Shown piece after piece: positions 58,546 through 64,000 of a DNA stretch of 64,000 nt. The notes below the pieces were generated by a model. That model was not told where the DNA came from. It worked only from the letters and a program-made list of their open reading frames with translations, and made no database searches. The DNA is from Clostridiales bacterium (lineage in GTDB: Bacteria; Bacillota; Clostridia; Oscillospirales; Acutalibacteraceae). A program made the position numbers and the translations under genes. The stretch's first letter is position 1, and the number at the start of each line of letters is the position of its first letter. Location: NCBI GenBank assembly GCA_022799115.1, contig JAAWNT010000010.1, positions 20,412 through 84,411 on the forward strand, written 5' to 3'.

Positions 58546-58860
58546 TTAATCCATTCTTTGGATTTGTTCGCCGAATATATCCGCAACAATATCTCTCCAA
58601 TTCCCTATTTTAATTGCGTTCTCGTATAAATATGTAATGATATCAATAGCACTTCTTCTGGAATGCGAAATTGCAGTGATGGAATCTTCGCAGCCCTCGC
58701 CTTCGCATCGATACACCAATTCAACGCCATACATCCGGCCCTTTTGTCCTTTGCTCTCAACCAGATTGTAGAATATGGTAGATTTTTCTTGTAAATGCCC
58801 GATTTCGGAAAAATTCCTGATATATTGATTGCTCACAATCTTCAATACCCCTACCCCCAT
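58546..58860 (-). CDS. hypothetical small protein upstream of Spo0A-like gene
   Basis: 104-aa ORF. No SD at the first start; an internal start MYGVELVYRCEGEG (about 62 aa) has a better RBS. No recognisable family. Confidence 0.3.
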   Translation of the reverse strand: MGVGVLKIVSNQYIRNFSEIGHLQEKSTIFYNLVESKGQKGRMYGVELVYRCEGEGCEDSITAISHSRRSAIDIITYLYENAIKIGNWRDIVADIFGEQIQRMD

Positions 58861-59087
58861 TTTTTTACAAAATTTGTTATTCTTTCTAAATTATAGTAAA
58901 CCTGTATTCTCTTTTCAACAGAAAATAAACGAGTTTTTTCCAAAGAAGAAACACTATAGTGATCTTTATTCACATATATCGATAAATTACATCAAATTAT
59001 GATTTTATGATTTAAATTATATTATTTTATAGTTTAAAAATCAATATATTCTACTAATATATTACGTTTATAAATTGGTTAAATATC

Positions 59088-59128
59088 TGCAAAAAGGCCT
59101 CTCCCCGCGAATCGTTAGGGGACAGGCC
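59088..59128 (-). terminator. rho-independent terminator after AI-2E permease gene
   Basis: GGCCTCTCCCCgcgaatcgttaGGGGACAGGCC, followed on the minus strand by TTTTTGCAG. Confidence 0.6.
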
Positions 59129-59236
59129 TTACATTTTTTATATCCATCCTGAGCTTCTCCATAAAATGGAGAACGCCGTAGCATATGCGTTAATGGCCGC
59201 CAGCTGCCCGCCAGCAGACGCTTGGGTGTTTACCAG

Positions 59237-60421
59237 TCAACCATGAGAATCCTCGCAGACGCTTTCTTGAACGTCCTTCTCTTGAACGCACGATTTTTGC
59301 CGCTTTTTTTGCAGCCTGCGGTTGACCCAATCACCGCCTATGATGTAAATAACCGCCAAAAGGGGCACGCCGATCAGCATACCCAGCACACCAAACAAAC
59401 CGCCGCCCACAATTACGCCTAACATCACCCAAATTCCCGACAATCCAATGGAATTTCCCACAACCTTGGGGCCAATGATATTACCGTCTATCTGTTGCAG
59501 CACGATAATAAACAGAATAAACCACAGGCCCTTGACGGGATCCACCACCAGCAAAATAAAGGCGCTGGGAACCCCTCCGATAAAGGGGCCAAAAATGGGA
59601 ATCACATTGGTAACACCCACAATCACGCTGATAAGAAGGGCATAGGGCATTTGAAAAATATTCATACAGATAAAACACAGCCCCAGCACAATAGCGGAAT
59701 CAATAATTCTGCCGATGATGAATTTGCCAAACATATCATTGGAGACGTGGCCCACCTCCATCACCTTGTCAAGATAACGGTCCGGCACAAGGGCGGTTAC
59801 CAGCTTTTTAAACTGGCGAATCAATTTTTCCTTACTGGCCATCATATAGACCGAGACAATGATTCCGATCACCCAATTGTAGATACCTGTGGTGAGTCCT
59901 TTGGTAAAGTTAATTAGATGGGGAGAAACCGTATTGATAAGCTGGCCGATCCGCTCGCTGTTTTTTGTGAGTTCCTCCCAGAATCTCTGAGCCTGGGAGG
60001 CGACGGTTTCACTAAGCCCCCAGTCCGCAATGAGTTTGTTCAGAAAATCTTCCAGAGATTCCATATAACCGGTGAGGTTTTTTCCCAATTGATCCACACT
60101 GAGGATCAATTGAGGAATCACTATCCAGAAAATCACGGTGATAATCAGGGCGATGACAAAATAGGCGGACAGCAGAGCCAGGATATGGGCTAATTTGCGC
60201 CGTTTTTCCTTTTTTCTGCATAGACGCGCGTATACTTTGTTCTGAAAAAACAAATAAGGTCCATTCACCAGGTAGGCGATGACAAATCCACAGAAAAAGG
60301 GCATCAATAATCCGATAAGCATCCCAATGACGCCGGAAACCGTTCTCCAATTATAGACCGCCAAAAACAATAAAATAGCGTAGGTTACCAAAAGCATGTT
60401 TTGTTTCAGCTTTTTGCTCAT
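59237..60421 (-). CDS. AI-2E family transporter (PerM/YtvI-like permease)
   Basis: 394 aa, 8 TM, characteristic AI-2E topology and a GPxxGG-like motif (IFGPFIGGVP). Confidence 0.8.
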   Translation of the reverse strand: MSKKLKQNMLLVTYAILLFLAVYNWRTVSGVIGMLIGLLMPFFCGFVIAYLVNGPYLFFQNKVYARLCRKKEKRRKLAHILALLSAYFVIALIITVIFWIVIPQLILSVDQLGKNLTGYMESLEDFLNKLIADWGLSETVASQAQRFWEELTKNSERIGQLINTVSPHLINFTKGLTTGIYNWVIGIIVSVYMMASKEKLIRQFKKLVTALVPDRYLDKVMEVGHVSNDMFGKFIIGRIIDSAIVLGLCFICMNIFQMPYALLISVIVGVTNVIPIFGPFIGGVPSAFILLVVDPVKGLWFILFIIVLQQIDGNIIGPKVVGNSIGLSGIWVMLGVIVGGGLFGVLGMLIGVPLLAVIYIIGGDWVNRRLQKKRQKSCVQEKDVQESVCEDSHG

Positions 60422-60774
60422 TGTCGCTCTCTCTTTCTTCTTGAGGATTGAGCCGCAAGAAAAAGCCTTTCCCTTGGCTCTTGTTACAATCTACTCCCAT
60501 TTTATACGATCCTGCGAAAGAATACAAACAGAAAATCTCCCGATAAAAAAATTCCAGGCGAAACCAATTCTTTTTTATAACTCTGCATAAGCAAACATTC
60601 CAACACAGGATCAGCGGTTTGCAAACGCTTATTGCCGGACGGCTCCGCAAGAGTTTTACAAATAAAAGCAAGATAGCACGGATTGCTTTTATTCTGTTTT
60701 GTGCAGCCGCCCCTCCTTAGGCAGCCTGCGCAAAGACTGTTTTCTGTACAACTCTTGGTAGAACCGAAAGGAAC

Positions 60775-60825
60775 AAGAAAAAAAGACAGGAGGCGCCAAC
60801 AGCCGCGCCTCCTGTCTTTCATTCT
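60775..60825. terminator. bidirectional rho-independent terminator (downstream of leuB)
   Basis: AAAAAAAGACAGGAGGCGCcaacagccGCGCCTCCTGTCTTTCATTCTT. Confidence 0.75.
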
Positions 60826-60849
60826 TGTATTGATATGAGAATTGCGGCT

Positions 60850-61920
60850 TTATAGCTGAGCGCACACCAGATCGCCCATCTCGATGCAGGATACCCTGCG
60901 CGTACCTTCCGTGTAGATATCCGGGGTACGGGCGACCTTTAACACCTCGTTGACCGCGTTTTCAATGTCGTCCGCCGCTTGGTCCTGATCCAAGGAATAT
61001 CGCAGCATCATGGCCACAGAGAGGATCGTAGCCAGAGGATTGGCGATGCCTTGGCCGGCAATATCCGGCGCAGAGCCGTGAATGGGTTCATAAAGGCCCA
61101 TTTTGCCCTGTCCCAGACTGGCGGAAGCCAGCATTCCGATGGAACCGCTTATCATAGAGGCCTCATCGGATAAAATATCCCCGAAGATGTTGGATGTAAC
61201 GATCACGTCAAACTGTTTGGGGTTGCGCACCAGCTGCATGGCACAGTTATCAACATACATATGGGTCAATTCCACCTGGGGATATTCCTTTGCCACCTTT
61301 AAAACGGTTTCTCTCCACAGGCGGGAGGCTTCCAGCACATTGGCTTTGTCCACGCTGCACAGCTTTTTGCCGCGCTTCATGGCCAGATCAAAGGCTACTC
61401 TGGCAATACGCTCCACCTCCGGGACCGTGTACATCTCGGTATCATAGGCCCCGGGAACGCCGTTTTTCTCCATACGTCCGCGCTCACCGAAATAGATGCC
61501 GCCGGTCAGCTCGCGCACCACCATGATATCCATGGCCTCTCCAATGATTTCGGCCTTTAAAGGAGATGCTTGACGCAACGGCTCAAAAATTACCGCAGGA
61601 CGCAGGTTGGCAAACAGGCCAAGCGCTCCGCGGATGCCCAGCAGGCCGGCTTCGGGCCGATTATCGCCCGGCTGATCCTCCCATTTAGGTCCGCCCACCG
61701 CGCCCAAAAGCACCGCATCGGAAGCCTTACATTTTGTTACCGTCTCCTCCGGCAGAGGCACGCCGGTTTTATCAATGGCAATGCCTCCTAAATAAGCTTC
61801 GTCGTAGCGCACCTGAAAGCGATGCTTCGCCGCCACTTTATTGAGCGCCTTGACCGCCTCGTCCACGATTTCCGGGCCGATGCCGTCGCCTTTTAACAGA
61901 GTGATTTTGTATTCTTTCAT
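60850..61920 (-). CDS. leuB: 3-isopropylmalate dehydrogenase
   Basis: [20 protein letters not shown], and the MLASAS / NPLATILS motifs of the IMDH family; 356 aa. No leuA/leuCD nearby. Confidence 0.88.
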   Translation of the reverse strand: MKEYKITLLKGDGIGPEIVDEAVKALNKVAAKHRFQVRYDEAYLGGIAIDKTGVPLPEETVTKCKASDAVLLGAVGGPKWEDQPGDNRPEAGLLGIRGALGLFANLRPAVIFEPLRQASPLKAEIIGEAMDIMVVRELTGGIYFGERGRMEKNGVPGAYDTEMYTVPEVERIARVAFDLAMKRGKKLCSVDKANVLEASRLWRETVLKVAKEYPQVELTHMYVDNCAMQLVRNPKQFDVIVTSNIFGDILSDEASMISGSIGMLASASLGQGKMGLYEPIHGSAPDIAGQGIANPLATILSVAMMLRYSLDQDQAADDIENAVNEVLKVARTPDIYTEGTRRVSCIEMGDLVCAQL

Positions 61921-62057
61921 TCCAAATAAATCTCCTTTATCCCTGGATTGAACGGTGATGATCCAGCCGCCATGTCCCCTATTATGTCATACTTCCCCCA
62001 CTAAGAATGTAAAACAGGATACAATTTTATAAATTTAACTTGTTCTTCGCCCACCGC

Positions 62058-62762
62058 TTACTCCTGCTTGTTAGGCCCATAAGCCCGGTCAGCCGCTTCT
62101 CTGGCCAGGTTGATGATATATTCGCTGTTGGAACGGGCGTCTCCATCCAGATCCATAGGGATTTTGGCGTAGACCTCGGCCACATTGTCCCGCATCCAAA
62201 GGCCGGGCGTTATGCGCAGAGAGTATCCGCAGCCGTTTCCTACCATCCAATCGTAAAAACTGGCCCGAGGCAGTCCGTACGCCGCCAAAAGAGTCATGAT
62301 GACGCCGCCATGCGTAACCATCACCGCCTCCGTAGTACCGGTGCGCAGCATGCCCTCCACCAGCTTTTCAAAGGTAAAGCAAACTCGGTAGGTGAAGTCT
62401 TTGCCGCTCTCTCCCCCCGGAGGCGTGGTCTGCTGTCCATCTTCCAGCCATTGCTGGAACTGTTTATTGTGTTCCAATTCTTTGGCGGTTTTTCCCTCCC
62501 ACTGCCCGAAATCGCACTCCGAAAGGCCCGGGACCGCGATAGGAGTGACCTGCGGATAAAGGATTTCACAGGTTTGCACACAACGTTTGAGCGGACTGGT
62601 GTAAAATACCGCGGCCCCGGGATAGCGGTATTGTTCCGACATATGCCTGAGCTGCTCCGCCCCATTCTCAGAGAGGGGAACGTCGGTGGAGCCAATGTAT
62701 TTTCCTTGTTCATTTGCCTGTGTCATACCGTGGCGAATTAGATGGATTTGGTAAGATTTCAT
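62058..62762 (-). CDS. histidine phosphatase family protein (phosphoglycerate-mutase-like)
   Basis: LIRHGMTQANEQGKY (RHG catalytic motif), downstream H (MVTHGGV); 234 aa. Confidence 0.8.
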   Translation of the reverse strand: MKSYQIHLIRHGMTQANEQGKYIGSTDVPLSENGAEQLRHMSEQYRYPGAAVFYTSPLKRCVQTCEILYPQVTPIAVPGLSECDFGQWEGKTAKELEHNKQFQQWLEDGQQTTPPGGESGKDFTYRVCFTFEKLVEGMLRTGTTEAVMVTHGGVIMTLLAAYGLPRASFYDWMVGNGCGYSLRITPGLWMRDNVAEVYAKIPMDLDGDARSNSEYIINLAREAADRAYGPNKQE

Positions 62763-62801
62763 AATATTTCCTCCTGAGCTCTGGCGAATTGCCAGTGATT
62801 G

Positions 62802-62830
62802 TTGACTTTACAAAGGGTTTTAAATATAAT
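62802..62830 (+). promoter_or_regulatory. consensus sigma-A-like promoter 300 nt upstream of XRE regulator gene
   Basis: TTGACT, 17 nt spacer, TATAAT. Followed within about 20 nt by hairpin TGTACACACttttGGTGTGTA + TTTTTTG (62847-62874) and a second weak hairpin + T-run at 62963-62990. Confidence 0.5.
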
Positions 62831-63144
62831 ATACTTTACTTATCGTTGTACACACTTTTGGTGTGTATTTTTTGCGGACAAAACGGCGTTTTCTGTCGTA
62901 TTATTAAGGATTTCAGACGCAGAAGTCCGGCGATTTTGCCGATTTTTGATTTTTGATCTGTTCGGCAGGTTTTTGCCGGGCCTCTTTTTTAAAAAAGGAA
63001 TGGGATGGTGGCGGTCGTCCCTGCGCCGGGGATCTTTATCCAAAAGGCGGAATTTCCCAACAGGGCAGATTCAGCCATGATTATGAAACGATCCGGCCGG
63101 GCCGGCGAACCAAAAAGGATTGTTAGCTTTATAGGGGGCAAATC

Positions 63145-63849
63145 ATGAACAACAACTTTCCGAGAATTATCACGCTGCTGCGAAAGGAGCGGGGACTCAG
63201 CCAAAAGCAGGCGGCCAGTGATTTGCAAATTTCTCAGGCGTTGCTCTCCCATTACGAAAAGGGGATTCGGGAATGCGGTTTGGATTTTATGGTGAGAATC
63301 GCAGATTACTACGGGGTATCCTGCGATTATCTTTTGGGCCGGACGCCCGACCGCACCGGCGCTACGCTCACCGTGGAAGATATTCCGGACCCGGAGGCCT
63401 CCGGCAAGGACAATATGTATCGCGGAAGTCTGCTTCCCACTTTAAATAAAAAGCTTATTGCAAACTCGCTGAATATTATTTTTGACCTGTTGCAAAAAAC
63501 AGGCAGCAAAAGCCTGACCACAGAGGTATCCGCCTATTTAATGGCTTCTGTCTATAAAATGTTTCGGACGGTTTATTCCGCCAATCCCAAAAATCCCCAA
63601 GGCCTGTTCGCCGCACAGGAACAGACCCAGCAGGGACTCTCCACAGCGGTTCAATGCGTTGCGGAGGCCAACGCCGTGTGCATTGCATCCGGATGCTCTA
63701 CAGGGGAAATGGAGGGATTGGATCGAGAACACGCCATGGCGCTTTCTCCGGAAATTCTTTCCCAGCAATATCCGTTGTTTGCTTCTTCTCTTTATAATCT
63801 GATTCAAAATACCGAAGCCCGGATGGGAGTAAAAAAGAACGGAAAGTAA
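63145..63849 (+). CDS. XRE-family (Cro/C1-type HTH) transcriptional regulator with uncharacterised C-terminal domain
   Basis: N-terminal HTH ITLLRKERGLSQKQAASDLQISQALLSHYEKGIRE; 234 aa. Confidence 0.8.
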   Translation: MNNNFPRIITLLRKERGLSQKQAASDLQISQALLSHYEKGIRECGLDFMVRIADYYGVSCDYLLGRTPDRTGATLTVEDIPDPEASGKDNMYRGSLLPTLNKKLIANSLNIIFDLLQKTGSKSLTTEVSAYLMASVYKMFRTVYSANPKNPQGLFAAQEQTQQGLSTAVQCVAEANAVCIASGCSTGEMEGLDREHAMALSPEILSQQYPLFASSLYNLIQNTEARMGVKKNGK

Positions 63850-63883
63850 CCCCATGCGGTTGGCAACCTTCTGTTACAAACAA

Positions 63884-63921
63884 CAGCCTTTCGCTTTTTT
63901 GCGAAAGGCTGTTTCTTTTTA
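63884..63921 (+). terminator. rho-independent terminator after XRE gene
   Basis: CAGCCTTTCGCttttttGCGAAAGGCTG followed by TTTCTTTTT. Confidence 0.75.
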
Positions 63922-63932
63922 TTCTGCAAGCG

Positions 63933-64000
63933 TCAATTGGACGAATCACCGCTGCTGGAGGGCTGCTTTCCCTTGCTCACGATAATTTCCACAGTGTTGC
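63933..64000 (-). CDS. 3' end of an unidentified minus-strand gene running off the window end
   Basis: Open frame ...NTVEIIVSKGKQPSSSGDSSN* ending with TGA at 63933-35. Too short to identify. Confidence 0.2.
   Translation of the reverse strand, partial: NTVEIIVSKGKQPSSSGDSSN

Noticed and set aside
60351-60822. Two 106-aa minus-strand ORFs upstream of the AI-2E permease gene
   Set aside because: They overlap each other and the permease start and promoter. Cys/Arg-rich, no RBS. Most likely non-coding leader/promoter DNA.
1-64000. Search for tRNA/rRNA genes, transposases/integrases, prophage blocks
   Set aside because: No T-loop (GGTTCGAATCC-like) or rRNA-like stretches and no transposase/recombinase ORFs were recognised. 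The accessory character of 27-64 kb comes from gene content and missing partner genes, not from identifiable mobile elements.

Overview
Firmicutes/Clostridia-type chromosome segment (Oscillospiraceae/Ruminococcaceae-like, roughly 55-58% GC). Almost every gene is on the minus strand.

Bases 1-27,000 are a conserved housekeeping backbone: leuS (partial), rsfS, yqeK, nadD, yhbY, rdgB, ftsY, smc, a radical-SAM protein, rnc, plsX, trmFO, topA, dprA, a TrmH-family methyltransferase, rplT, rpmI, infC (AUU start, with an L20-leader attenuator), a BcrA-like ABC-2 exporter, and addAB.

Bases 27,000-64,000 are an accessory mosaic: a solitary ImmA/IrrE metallopeptidase; an N-acetylhexosamine-kinase-like APH plus galK; the NfeD-flotillin pair; an HD hydrolase; a truncated capsule/EPS module (capD-cpsB-cpsD-cpsC, no glycosyltransferases); an orphan corrinoid-binding protein with a HAD hydrolase; a DtxR-family repressor divergent from feoAB; adhE with a Rex-box promoter; a second APH kinase; a second ABC-2 exporter; a divergent Spo0A-like regulator; an AI-2E permease; leuB; a histidine phosphatase; and an XRE regulator.

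The most interesting cluster is a LacI-regulated six-gene operon of 2 Gfo/Idh/MocA oxidoreductases and 3 xylose-isomerase-like TIM-barrel proteins with no transporter or kinase. It resembles the recently described oxidative (3-keto) glycoside / C-glycoside cleavage pathways rather than a classic sugar catabolic operon.

Other unexplained signals are a palindromic TGTATTATT operator motif shared by the promoters of the two unlinked ABC-2 exporter operons, a 700-bp convergent non-coding gap after feoB containing a strong palindromic hairpin, and a Spo0A-like gene behind a ~20% GC promoter island. No tRNA, rRNA, CRISPR array or transposase was recognised.
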